Assembly (NCBI GenBank): GCA_963666095.2
Contig: OY762557.1
Coordinates: forward strand, 333,567 to 397,566
DNA length: 64,000 nt
Origin: Longimicrobiales bacterium
Lineage (GTDB): Bacteria; Gemmatimonadota; Gemmatimonadetes; Longimicrobiales; Gaopeijiaceae
Direction of reading: 5' to 3'
The translations under genes and the position numbers were made by a program. Shown piece by piece: positions 35,926 to 44,681 of this stretch. The notes beneath the pieces are model-generated. The model was not told the DNA's origin, did no database searches, and saw only the letters and a program-made list of their open reading frames with translations. Each line of letters starts with the position of its first letter. Positions within the stretch are counted from its first letter, which is position 1.

Positions 35926-37422
35926 GACGAGCAGGTCCTCGCCGATCGTGTTGGCATGGACCAGGGTGTTGGCGGGGCGGACATGGGCGAAGCGAGCCCC
36001 GTGCGCCCGCGCGACCGGCTCCCAGTCGACCCCCTCGCGCACGTACACCCGGGTGCGCACCACGTCTTCGAGGGCGGCCCCCAGCGACTGGAGCGCCCCT
36101 TCGATCCTGTCGATGACGAAGTGGGTCTGCGCGGCCGGGTCGCGTCCCCCGATCGCGCGCCCGGCGTGGCTGGCCGTGGTCCCCGCCACATGGATCCGGC
36201 CGCCCCTGCGCACCGCGCGGCTGTACCCGGCCATCTCCTCCCACGGCGTCCCGCTGGAGACGAGTTCGGCCGGGCCCGAGCGCCGGACCGGGTAGGGCGC
36301 GGGGAGGTGCGCGAGGTGGTGGCTGAGGTCGCCCGAGGCGGTGAGGAAGGGGGGGCGGCGGTACTCGTCGCCGCAGTCCCCGGGGATCGGGTCAAGCGCC
36401 GCGCACGCCGCGTCCAGATCCCGCCGGGCCTCGTGATCGAGAGAGAAGCGGAAGAGGTTGAGATTGTCCTCGATGTGGCTCCGCTCCCCGAGCCGCGCCC
36501 CGACGACGATCGCGGCCACCGCCGGCTGATCGAGCACGAAGCGGCAGGCCACGTTGGCCATGGACACGCCCGCGGCGGATGCGGGGGCCCGGCGCTCGTC
36601 CCCCGACCCTGACGTTGTGCTGGGATTGTCTCCGTCCAGCCGCCGGGCCACCCGGGCCAGCGCCTCCAGCAGCCCCTGGAACCGGTCCCACCCCCCCGCC
36701 GCGTCGATGAACCGGCGGTACTTCATCTGCGACCAGGTCAGCGAGTCGTCGATCGGCGGCTCGGGCCGGCCCAGCCACCGTTCGCTCAGGAAGCCGCCGG
36801 CGAGCGTCCCGTAGGCCAGGAGGGCCACCCCGTGCCGAGTGCACACCTCGGTCATCGGGCCCGCCGCCCGCCTGTCCAGCAGCGAGCAGCAGACCTGGTT
36901 GGACACGATCGGCACCCCGCTGCGCACCGCCATGTCGAGGTGCACGGCGTCGCAGTTGGTCAGACCGAGATGGCGGATGCGGCCCGCCGCCCGGAGTTCG
37001 GCCAGCTCGAAGAGGCAGTCCAGCCAGCTCGGGTCTGCGTAGTTCCAGGCGTGGAACTGAAGGAGGTCGATCCGATCCGTCGCCAGGCGGTCGAGGGCTC
37101 GATCCACCGCCTCGGCCACCGTCCGCGGGTGGACGGGTCCCGGCTTCGGCACCCACTTGGTGAGGAGCTGGACATCGTCGCGGCGCGCCGCCAGTTCGCC
37201 GGCGATCAGCTCCGCCGAGCCGTAGTGGTCGGCCATGTCGAAGGTGGTCAGCCCCGCGTCGGCGTGGGGCTCCATGGCGCGGGCGGCGGCGACCGGATCG
37301 AGCGCCCGCCCGCCTCGCTCCTGGTCCGCGACCTGCCACATCCCCGTGACGATGCGGGAGATGCCGAGACCGGGGGCAACGTGGGCGCGCGGACTGCCCG
37401 CGAAGCCCGTCCCGGCCGTCAC
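35896..37422 (-). CDS. aldo/keto reductase fused to a C-terminal RidA/YjgF-like domain
   Basis: ORF 35896..37422. The N-terminal ~330 aa look AKR-like (FDMADHYG, IDLLQFHAW, GLTNCD). The C-terminal ~130 aa look RidA-like (YSRAVRRGGRIHVAGTTA..., RTRVYV...). Confidence 0.75.
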   Translation of the reverse strand: MTAGTGFAGSPRAHVAPGLGISRIVTGMWQVADQERGGRALDPVAAARAMEPHADAGLTTFDMADHYGSAELIAGELAARRDDVQLLTKWVPKPGPVHPRTVAEAVDRALDRLATDRIDLLQFHAWNYADPSWLDCLFELAELRAAGRIRHLGLTNCDAVHLDMAVRSGVPIVSNQVCCSLLDRRAAGPMTEVCTRHGVALLAYGTLAGGFLSERWLGRPEPPIDDSLTWSQMKYRRFIDAAGGWDRFQGLLEALARVARRLDGDNPSTTSGSGDERRAPASAAGVSMANVACRFVLDQPAVAAIVVGARLGERSHIEDNLNLFRFSLDHEARRDLDAACAALDPIPGDCGDEYRRPPFLTASGDLSHHLAHLPAPYPVRRSGPAELVSSGTPWEEMAGYSRAVRRGGRIHVAGTTASHAGRAIGGRDPAAQTHFVIDRIEGALQSLGAALEDVVRTRVYVREGVDWEPVARAHGARFAHVRPANTLVHANTIGEDLLVEIEAEAEAS

Positions 37423-37465
37423 GCCGAGCCCCGCGGTCGAAGTCCGCCCCGCGTCCGCCCCCCGC

Positions 37466-38947
37466 TCATCCCCGCGGCAGCTCCCCGAAGAGGGCGTCGA
37501 GGTCCGCGCCCCCCCTGCGCATTCGCGCCGTCCGGCGGAAGAAGATCGCCGACGCCAGGGCCATCACCCCGAGCCACAGCCAGGTGGAGTGGAAGTACCA
37601 CGCCCCCACCTCGGCGGCGAGATCCTTGCGGACGTGGACGACGAGGAAGACTCCGAGCAGGGCGACGCCCGCCACGCCCGCGGCCAGCCTTCCCGCCGGC
37701 CCGCTCAGCACCCGCATCGCGGCCGCGCGCTCCGGGTTGCGGCGCGACAGCGTCAGCAGCGACAGGGACATGAGCAGGAAGTTGACCAGCATCGACGTGA
37801 CCAGGATGTCGACGCCCAGGAAGAAGTCCCCCGCGAAGTGGCTTCCGAGGATTCCCGCCGACGCCATCGCGCCGCTCGCCACCAGCGCCGCCTGCGGGGT
37901 CCGGCGTCGCGGATGCACGGCCGCGACCGCGCGGGGAAAGATCCCGTCCTCCCCCCACGCGAACATCAGTCGCGAGACCGCCAGCAGCATCGCCGGGAGA
38001 TCGTTGATGAGGGCCACCGCCGCCCCCGCGACGATCGCGACCGTCCAGCCCGTGGGGAGCAGATAGCCGAGCAGCCCGGGAGCCGTGAGGTCCCGCAGCT
38101 GCGCCTCCTCGGCCACGAAGCTCCATGGAACGGCGTGATAGACGGCGGCCGCGAAGAGGAGGTAGAAGGTCCCCACCACGACCACCGCGAGGCCGGTCGC
38201 CAAGGGTAGGTTCCGGGCGGGCCGGCGCGCCTCGCCCCCGGCCTGCGCAATCGCGTCGAACCCGATGAAGGAGGAGAAGAGCAGCGCCGCCGCCGCGAGG
38301 AACGGGCCGATCCGGAAGGGCGCCTCGGGCTCCGGCGGAACCGCTCTCCCCTCGGTGGCCGCGAGCGCCGCCGAGAAGTCGCCGTGGTCGAACATGAACC
38401 CGGCCACGATCACCACGCCTCCCAGCAGGAACATGATGAACATCATGGGCACCAGCGCGAGCTGGTAGGCGCCCAGACCCCGCAGGTTCACCACCACGAA
38501 AGTCCACAGGAAGGCCAGCGCGAGCCCCACGCGGACCGGCCCGGCGCCCAGCGCCTCGGCCGTCCCCGCCCACCCCACCGCATCCGCGATGTCGCGCAGG
38601 AACGGAATCAGCACGTACGACACGACCCCGATCGCGATCGACAGCCCGAACCACTGCGAGAAGCTCGCCACGAATCCCCAGTACGGGCTCAGGGAGCGGC
38701 TCACGTACACGTAGCTGCCGCCCGCCCGGGGCATGGACGAGGCCAGGGCGGCGTAGGCCAGCGCCGCCAGCAAGGCGGGCAGCGCCGCGAAGGCGTACGC
38801 GGGCAGCACGTAGGGTCCGATTCCCGGAACGCTTCGCTGCAGCATGATCGGGATGACGTTGATCGCCGCCCCCAGCATGGCGCAGATGCCGGTCGCGGTC
38901 AGTCCCAGCAGGCCGAGGCGCCGGCTCAGTCCGGGTCGGGAGGTCAC
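37466..38947 (-). CDS. APC-superfamily amino acid permease
   Basis: Tail of ORF 37466..39307 from GTG 38947 (VTSRPGLSRRLGLLGLTATGICAMLGAAINV...), with ~12 TM segments. Confidence 0.75.
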   Translation of the reverse strand: MTSRPGLSRRLGLLGLTATGICAMLGAAINVIPIMLQRSVPGIGPYVLPAYAFAALPALLAALAYAALASSMPRAGGSYVYVSRSLSPYWGFVASFSQWFGLSIAIGVVSYVLIPFLRDIADAVGWAGTAEALGAGPVRVGLALAFLWTFVVVNLRGLGAYQLALVPMMFIMFLLGGVVIVAGFMFDHGDFSAALAATEGRAVPPEPEAPFRIGPFLAAAALLFSSFIGFDAIAQAGGEARRPARNLPLATGLAVVVVGTFYLLFAAAVYHAVPWSFVAEEAQLRDLTAPGLLGYLLPTGWTVAIVAGAAVALINDLPAMLLAVSRLMFAWGEDGIFPRAVAAVHPRRRTPQAALVASGAMASAGILGSHFAGDFFLGVDILVTSMLVNFLLMSLSLLTLSRRNPERAAAMRVLSGPAGRLAAGVAGVALLGVFLVVHVRKDLAAEVGAWYFHSTWLWLGVMALASAIFFRRTARMRRGGADLDALFGELPRG

Positions 38948-39084
38948 GCCAGCCCCGCGATACCCGGGCCGGGAAGCCGCATCACCGGGCGCCGATCCAC
39001 GACGGTCGGCAGCTGGCCGGCCCCTTCCGCGCTGCCCGGTGCGGACGCCTGGCCGGTCGAAGGCCGGGGGATGCCGTCCACGGG

Positions 39085-39336
39085 CTACCCGTGCCGGTCG
39101 TGGCTCTCTTCGTACCGGATCCGCTCGTGCATCCGGTCGCGAGCCTGGGCGGCGTCCCGCGTCTTCGCGGCACGCATGGCCCTGTCGCGGGTGCTCGATG
39201 ACTTCACCCGGGGCAGCGACAGCCGACGCTCCAGCCGGGTGCCGTCGCAGCCGGGACAGGTCGGGAGCGTGCGGCCCAGCACCAGACGCTCGAAGTCCAG
39301 TCCGCAATCCTCGCAGGTGTACTCGTATATTGGCAT
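39085..39336 (-). CDS. FmdB-family zinc-ribbon protein
   Basis: Last 83 codons of ORF 39085..39501: MPIYEYTCEDCG...CPGC. Confidence 0.8.
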   Translation of the reverse strand: MPIYEYTCEDCGLDFERLVLGRTLPTCPGCDGTRLERRLSLPRVKSSSTRDRAMRAAKTRDAAQARDRMHERIRYEESHDRHG

Positions 39337-39425
39337 GCCACGAAGGTAAGGCTTCGCGGCCACGCCGTCACGGAACGCGGGTCTTCGCACCGGGTATTGC
39401 CCCGGAGACTTCGACGCTGGAGACT

Positions 39426-39454
39426 TTGACGCCCGCGCCCCAGTGCCGTAGCTT
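39426..39454 (+). promoter_or_regulatory. candidate sigma70-like promoter TTGACG-N17-TAGCTT for the tandem OMP genes
   Basis: TTGACG lies at 39426-39431 and TAGCTT at 39449-39454, ~35 nt before TTG 39489. The -35 element sits in the second copy of a tandem 15-bp repeat (ggagacttcgacgct / ggagactttgacgcc, 39404-39433). Confidence 0.3.
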
Positions 39455-39488
39455 CGCCAATCCCAACCTCGACCCGGAGACATGTTCA

Positions 39489-40202
39489 TTGCGAAAACCA
39501 CTCGGTGCCACCCTCGCCACCCTGCTCTGCGCCGGCCCGTTCGCGCCGGCGGAGGCGCTCGCCCAATCGACGATCTACGTGCGGCTTCTCCCCGAGGTCG
39601 CGGTCACGTCCGTCATGCACGAAAAGCAGGTCACCAGCGGAGCGGGCTCGAGTTCCAGCGAGTCCTCGACCATCGGACCCGAGGGGGCCTTCAACTTCTA
39701 CCTGGGGTACCTCAGGCCGGCGGGGGGCGACTGGGTGATCGGCGGAGAGGTCGGAGGGGCGATCTCCTTGCGGCGGGAGATCGACGGCGTGACGCCCATC
39801 GCCGGCAGCGGTAGTAACGCCGTGTGGCCCGGGCCGTGGAACTTCACCAACCGGGTGGGTCTGGGAGGCAACATCATGGTCGGGCGCGACCTTACGTTCA
39901 TGGAATCCCGTGGCTACTTCTTCGTGGGCATCGCGAGATGGAGCTCGGACTTCCGCTCCGCCGGCGCCGATCCCGGGTCCGCAGAGGAGGTGGACGACGA
40001 GAGCGGGGCCGGGAGATGGCCCCTGACCACCGGGATCGGCCTGACCCTGCCGTTCGTGCGGCTGCTCGACGTCCGGCTGCGCTACTTCCGCTCCGCCACG
40101 AGCTGGACCGTCGAACGAAACGTCAACCAGGAAGCGCTGGCGTTCGACTACAGGTTCGTGGTCAACGGTCTGGCACTCTCGCTGGGGCTGGGAACGAGGT
40201 GA
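39489..40202 (+). CDS. putative outer-membrane beta-barrel protein (tandem paralogue A)
   Basis: Tail of ORF 38844..40202. TTG 39489 gives the signal peptide (M)RKPLGATLATLLCAGPFAPAEALAQ. The C-terminal region is beta-strand-rich with ...RLRYFRS.... Confidence 0.6.
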   Translation: MRKPLGATLATLLCAGPFAPAEALAQSTIYVRLLPEVAVTSVMHEKQVTSGAGSSSSESSTIGPEGAFNFYLGYLRPAGGDWVIGGEVGGAISLRREIDGVTPIAGSGSNAVWPGPWNFTNRVGLGGNIMVGRDLTFMESRGYFFVGIARWSSDFRSAGADPGSAEEVDDESGAGRWPLTTGIGLTLPFVRLLDVRLRYFRSATSWTVERNVNQEALAFDYRFVVNGLALSLGLGTR

Positions 40203-40210
40203 ATCCACAC

Positions 40211-41008
40211 ATGAACCATTCCGCCCCCCTCGCCGCCGCTTCCATGGGCCGGCGTCGCTCGACCAGGCGCGCTTCGGTTCGGCGGCGCGGCCGGACCCGA
40301 TCACGGGAGATCCGGCCGGCAACGCATCCGTCGATGTGGATCGCCGCGCTCTGCGGCGCCCTCCTCGCGCCGGAACCGGCAGCCGCCCAGCAGACGGGAT
40401 ACTACGTGCGCTTCGCGCCCGGGTTCGCCTGGACCACCGTCCAGCACGTCAAGGAGCTGTCGGTCGGACAGGGATACAGCGCCAGCACATCCGAGGCCAC
40501 CGCAGCGGAGTTGTCCATGCACCTGGTCGGCGGCTTTCGCGGTCGGCCCGGAGACGTCTGGTTCCTGGACGTCGAGGTCGAGGGAATCGTCTACGCGCCG
40601 CGCACCATCGAGGGCGACATCGTGCCCACATCCGGCAATACGCCCTACGAAATCGGTCCCGGCGCCTGGGAGTACACCAACCAGCACGGCATGGGTCTCA
40701 ACCTCGGCCTCGAACGCAGGATCGGTCGCGGCAGCCGGCGCGCGCTGTTCTTCGCGGGGGTCCACCGCATTCAGACCGAGGTCGCGTCCGGAGGTTCGGA
40801 AAGGACCGGTGCGTTCGAGGAGGACAGGCAGGTTCGCAACCGGTGGCCGTTCACCGGCGGCGCCGGCGTGGCGTGGGGACCCATGCACCTGCGCGTGAGC
40901 TACTTCCGCTCGCTGATCCCCTGGGACTACCTCTATCCCGACCTCGAAATCCGGTACAGGTGGCGGGCGAGCGGACTGTCCATCAACCTGGGCGCGGAGG
41001 TCTTCTAG
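40211..41008 (+). CDS. putative outer-membrane beta-barrel protein (tandem paralogue B)
   Basis: Tail of ORF 39824..41008. ATG 40211 lies 11 nt after GAGG; ATG 40334 is an alternative start. It is collinear with paralogue A (YVRFAPGF.../YVRLLPEV...; RWPFTGGAG...RVSYFRS / RWPLTTGIG...RLRYFRS). Confidence 0.6.
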   Translation: MNHSAPLAAASMGRRRSTRRASVRRRGRTRSREIRPATHPSMWIAALCGALLAPEPAAAQQTGYYVRFAPGFAWTTVQHVKELSVGQGYSASTSEATAAELSMHLVGGFRGRPGDVWFLDVEVEGIVYAPRTIEGDIVPTSGNTPYEIGPGAWEYTNQHGMGLNLGLERRIGRGSRRALFFAGVHRIQTEVASGGSERTGAFEEDRQVRNRWPFTGGAGVAWGPMHLRVSYFRSLIPWDYLYPDLEIRYRWRASGLSINLGAEVF

Positions 41009-41105
41009 AATACAGCCCGCCGGTCCGGCCTCTGGCAGCTCCCGAATGCCCGGGCGAGCCCGTCCGCCAGCCCGGAACACCTTCCGAACGTTGGAGTCAA
41101 GCGAC

Positions 41106-43589
41106 ATGAACGCCCGTCCCGCCGGACTTCACGGACGTGCAGCACTTCACCGATGGCTTGCGGCGGCGCTGGTCTCGGGGGCGCTCCTCTGCCGCACCGG
41201 CTCGGCGGTCGCCGGACAGACGGCCGGCTGGTCCCCTCCGCTCCGGTCCGTGGCGACCGCGTTCTCGGCCAGCGTCGTGGTGCAGGGCGACGAGATCTTC
41301 GTGGGAAGGCCCGGCGGGCTCGCGATCTTCCCCATGCCGGGGAACCGCGCAGGGGGGGTGCACATCTTCACCCGCGCGGGCGACGAATGGCATGAGACGG
41401 CCGCGCTGCCGACACCCGTGACCGACGCCGCCACGGGCTTCGGCGAGGGGTTGGACGTGAGCGGCGACCTGCTGGCGGTCGGCGCGCCCGGCGAGGGCGG
41501 GGGCGCGGTGTACGTGTACCGCCGGGCGGACGACGGGTGGTCGATGAGCGACCGTCTCGCCTGGGAGGACGCGCCGACGGACGCCCGTTTCGGGGCGGCC
41601 GTGGCCACGAACGGGAGCGACATCATCGTCGGCGCGCCCGGCGCCGACGAAGGAAGGGGCGCGGCGTTCGTCTTCCGGGCGGGTGCGGCCGGCTACGAGC
41701 TCGCCGCGGCCCTCCAGCCCGCCGACCTGTCCGACGGCGCGCGATACGGCGCCTCGCTCGACGTGGAGGGCGACCTGCTGGCGGTCGGCGCGCCGGGCGG
41801 GGCGATCTCGCTGATACCGGGAACGGGCGTTCCCGACCTGCAGCCGGGGTCGGTCTATCTGTTCGGCGGGGCGACGGGCGCCTGGACGCCGGTCGTGCGC
41901 CTGGAACCGCCCGACCCCGTGCCCGCCTCGATGGGAGCCGGCGTGGCCATATCCGAGGGCGAGGTCTTCGCGGGCGCGCCTCTCGGCGGCCAGCTGAGCG
42001 GGGCCGTCTACCACTTCGTCCGGACCGGGGGAGGCGCGGGCGCCGAATGGACCCATGCGAGCACGATCCAGCCGCGAACGCCCCTTGCGGCGTCCGGGTT
42101 CGGGATGGCCGTCGCCGCATCCGGGAACGATGTCGTCGCAGGGACGCCCTTGGCGGACGAGGGCCTCGGCGGCGGATTCGCGTTCCGCCGGGGCGAATCC
42201 GGCGAATGGGAGGAGGTCGCCGAGTTCGGCCCCGGCGGTCCGTTCAACTTCTACGGTCTGGCCGTGGCGCTGGGCGAGGACGTGGCCGTGGTGGGCGCGC
42301 CCGGCGCCGACTTCTTCGAGGGGGTCGGTTTCCTCTTCGCCCGCACTTCCGACGGGTGGGAACCCGAGGGCAGGATCGTCGACGAGGGGGGCGAGCTCGA
42401 GGCGGTCGTCGGCGGCGAGACCGGGTGCGAGGAGGGCCGGGCGGCCGGGTTCGCGTGCGGCGAGGTCGACCTGATCGCCTTTCTGCCCACTCATGCGCTC
42501 GGGGGCCAGCGCGGAGCGGTCGCCAACGACCTGTGGGGTTGGACAGACCCCGAGACAGGGCGCGAGTACGCCATAATGGGACGAGCGGACGCGACGACCT
42601 TCGTCGACCTGACCGACCCCGCCAACCCGGTCTACCTGGGCGAGCTGCCGCTCACCGAAGGGGCGATGCCCAACATGTGGCGCGACGTCAAGGTCTACCG
42701 CGACCACGCCTTCGTGGTTGCCGACAACGCCGGGCCGCACGGCGTGCAGGTCTTCGACCTCACCGCGCTGCGCGACGTGGCCGATCCTCCCGCGACCTTC
42801 GAACCGACCGCCCACTACGACCGGATCAACTCGGCCCACAACATCGTGGTCAACGAGGAGACGGGCTTCGCCTACGTGGTCGGAGCCTCGGGCGGCGGGG
42901 AGACCTGCGGCGGAGGCCTTCACATGGTCGACATCCGGGATCCGAGGAACCCCGTCTTCGCGGGCTGCTTCGCGGACCTCGGCACGGGGAACGCGCGCAC
43001 GGGCTACAGCCACGACGCCCAGTGCGTCCGCTACCGCGGCCCGGACGAGAAGTACCGGGACCGCGAAATCTGTCTCGGGGCCAACGAGAACGCGCTCTCG
43101 ATCTCGGACGTGACCGACAAGGACGCGCCCGTCGCGCTGTCCAGCGCCGGCTACCCCAACGCCGGATACCTGCACCAGGGATGGCTGTCGGACGACCATC
43201 GCCACTTCTACATGAACGACGAGACCGACGAGCTCGCCGGCAGCGTGTCCCGCACGCGCACGCTGGTGTGGGACATCAGCGATCTCGAGGATCCGGTGCT
43301 GGTCACGGAGCACCTGGGCACGACCGGGTCGTCGGACCACAACCTGTACGTGCTCGGCGACCACATGTACCAGGCGAACTACCTGAGCGGGCTGCGGATA
43401 CTGGACATCTCCAACCCGGAGGAGCCGCGCGAGGTGGGGTTCTTCGACACCGTGCCGTTCGGCGAGGACAAGGCGGGGTTCGCGGGTGCGTGGAGCGTCT
43501 ACCCGTACTTCAAGAGCGGCGTGATCATCGTGTCGAGCATCAAGGAGGGGCTCTTCGTCCTGAAGAGGCGGCCGCCGGCGGTGTCGTAG
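41106..43589 (+). CDS. secreted protein with N-terminal FG-GAP-like repeats and a C-terminal choice-of-anchor-B / LVIVD-repeat propeller
   Basis: ORF 41046..43589, trimmed to ATG 41106. It has repeated ...GDLLAVGAPG.../...IIVGAPGADEG... units. These are followed by DLWGWTDPETGREYA, AHNIVVNEETGFAYVVG and YQANYLSGLRILDISNP. Confidence 0.75.
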   Translation: MNARPAGLHGRAALHRWLAAALVSGALLCRTGSAVAGQTAGWSPPLRSVATAFSASVVVQGDEIFVGRPGGLAIFPMPGNRAGGVHIFTRAGDEWHETAALPTPVTDAATGFGEGLDVSGDLLAVGAPGEGGGAVYVYRRADDGWSMSDRLAWEDAPTDARFGAAVATNGSDIIVGAPGADEGRGAAFVFRAGAAGYELAAALQPADLSDGARYGASLDVEGDLLAVGAPGGAISLIPGTGVPDLQPGSVYLFGGATGAWTPVVRLEPPDPVPASMGAGVAISEGEVFAGAPLGGQLSGAVYHFVRTGGGAGAEWTHASTIQPRTPLAASGFGMAVAASGNDVVAGTPLADEGLGGGFAFRRGESGEWEEVAEFGPGGPFNFYGLAVALGEDVAVVGAPGADFFEGVGFLFARTSDGWEPEGRIVDEGGELEAVVGGETGCEEGRAAGFACGEVDLIAFLPTHALGGQRGAVANDLWGWTDPETGREYAIMGRADATTFVDLTDPANPVYLGELPLTEGAMPNMWRDVKVYRDHAFVVADNAGPHGVQVFDLTALRDVADPPATFEPTAHYDRINSAHNIVVNEETGFAYVVGASGGGETCGGGLHMVDIRDPRNPVFAGCFADLGTGNARTGYSHDAQCVRYRGPDEKYRDREICLGANENALSISDVTDKDAPVALSSAGYPNAGYLHQGWLSDDHRHFYMNDETDELAGSVSRTRTLVWDISDLEDPVLVTEHLGTTGSSDHNLYVLGDHMYQANYLSGLRILDISNPEEPREVGFFDTVPFGEDKAGFAGAWSVYPYFKSGVIIVSSIKEGLFVLKRRPPAVS

Positions 43590-43590
43590 G

Positions 43591-44637
43591 CTATCCGCCG
43601 GGACTCGGGCGGGCGGGGCGTGCTCCGCGCGGGCGCGGCCCGAGGGCGCCGACCCCGCGAAGCTCGTCGGCGGGCGGGTGCAGGCGCTTGGCCAGGTACA
43701 GCGCGGCCTCGCCCATCCGCGGGCCCGGCCGGGCGAAGAGCGATCCGTCGACCGAGACGACCCGGCCCGCCGCCACCGCCGGGACCGCCGCCCAGCCCGC
43801 CCGCGCTTGCAGATCTTCGATCGAGGGGTCGCGGTGGCCCGGGCGCACCTCGGGGGCACCGTAGCCCTGAACCGGCACGACCACGTAGTCGGGATCCCGC
43901 CGGACGAACTCCTCCATGCTCACCAGGGGCCACGATCCCACGATGTCCCCGAAGGCGTTGACGGCCCCCGCGGCACCGAGCACGGCGTCCAGAAAGGTGC
44001 CGGGCCCCACGGTCATGGACGGTTCCCGCTGCACGACGTAGGCGACCTCCACCGGGTCGCGCCCCGACCACCACCGCGTCGCGGCCCCGAAGTCGCTCTC
44101 CACCCGGGCGATCAGCGAGTCGGCGGCGGCCGGGAGACCCACCAGCCGGCCCAGGTTGCGCGTGTGGCGACGGAAGTCGTCCACCGTCTGGATGGCGGCC
44201 GCATACCAGTCCAGCCCGATCTCGTCCAGACGGTCCTCCAGCAAGGCCCCGTTCGTCCCCGAGGCCCACAGCACGACCAGGTCGGGATCGAGCCGCGCCA
44301 GGAACTCCAGGCTCGGGTCGATTCCGCCGCCCACCGAAGGCAGATCCGCGAGCGCGGGGTCCTCGTCGTAGCGGGTGCGGGCCGCCAGGCGGTCGGCCGC
44401 GCCGATCGCCACCAGCGTCTCGGTCACCGCGGGAATGAGCGAGACGATCCGGGCGCGGGGGACGGACGGATCCTGCACGCGGCCCCGATCGTCCACGAGC
44501 GCGCCCTCGCCCCCCGGCGCCGGTCGATCCGGCGCACATCCCCACGCCGCCGCGAGGACGGCCGCGAGCACCAGCGCCCGGGCGAAACCCAACGGCCCGG
44601 CGGCGCCTCGTCGCGCCCGGCTCCCGCGCGGTCGCAT
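43591..44637 (-). CDS. periplasmic binding protein, BtuF/FhuD-like (Peripla_BP_2), lipoprotein
   Basis: Last 348 codons of ORF 43591..46887 from ATG 44637. It has the lipobox LAAAWGC and RIVSLIPAVTETLVAIGAADRLAA. Confidence 0.75.
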   Translation of the reverse strand: MRPRGSRARRGAAGPLGFARALVLAAVLAAAWGCAPDRPAPGGEGALVDDRGRVQDPSVPRARIVSLIPAVTETLVAIGAADRLAARTRYDEDPALADLPSVGGGIDPSLEFLARLDPDLVVLWASGTNGALLEDRLDEIGLDWYAAAIQTVDDFRRHTRNLGRLVGLPAAADSLIARVESDFGAATRWWSGRDPVEVAYVVQREPSMTVGPGTFLDAVLGAAGAVNAFGDIVGSWPLVSMEEFVRRDPDYVVVPVQGYGAPEVRPGHRDPSIEDLQARAGWAAVPAVAAGRVVSVDGSLFARPGPRMGEAALYLAKRLHPPADELRGVGALGPRPRGARPARPSPGG

Positions 44638-44681
44638 CGGCCGACGGCCGGCCGCGACGCCGCCCCCGCGGAACCCTCGCG

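Noticed and set aside
41097-43864. The 920-aa minus-strand ORF and the 775-aa plus-strand ORF overlapping the choice-of-anchor-B gene.
   Set aside because: These are shadow ORFs. The 41106..43589 frame alone carries repeats and motifs of known families.
44638-44681. A cobalamin riboswitch upstream of the BtuF-like gene.
   Set aside because: The gap is only 44 nt and there is no B12-box-like sequence. The gene is most simply co-transcribed with feoB.
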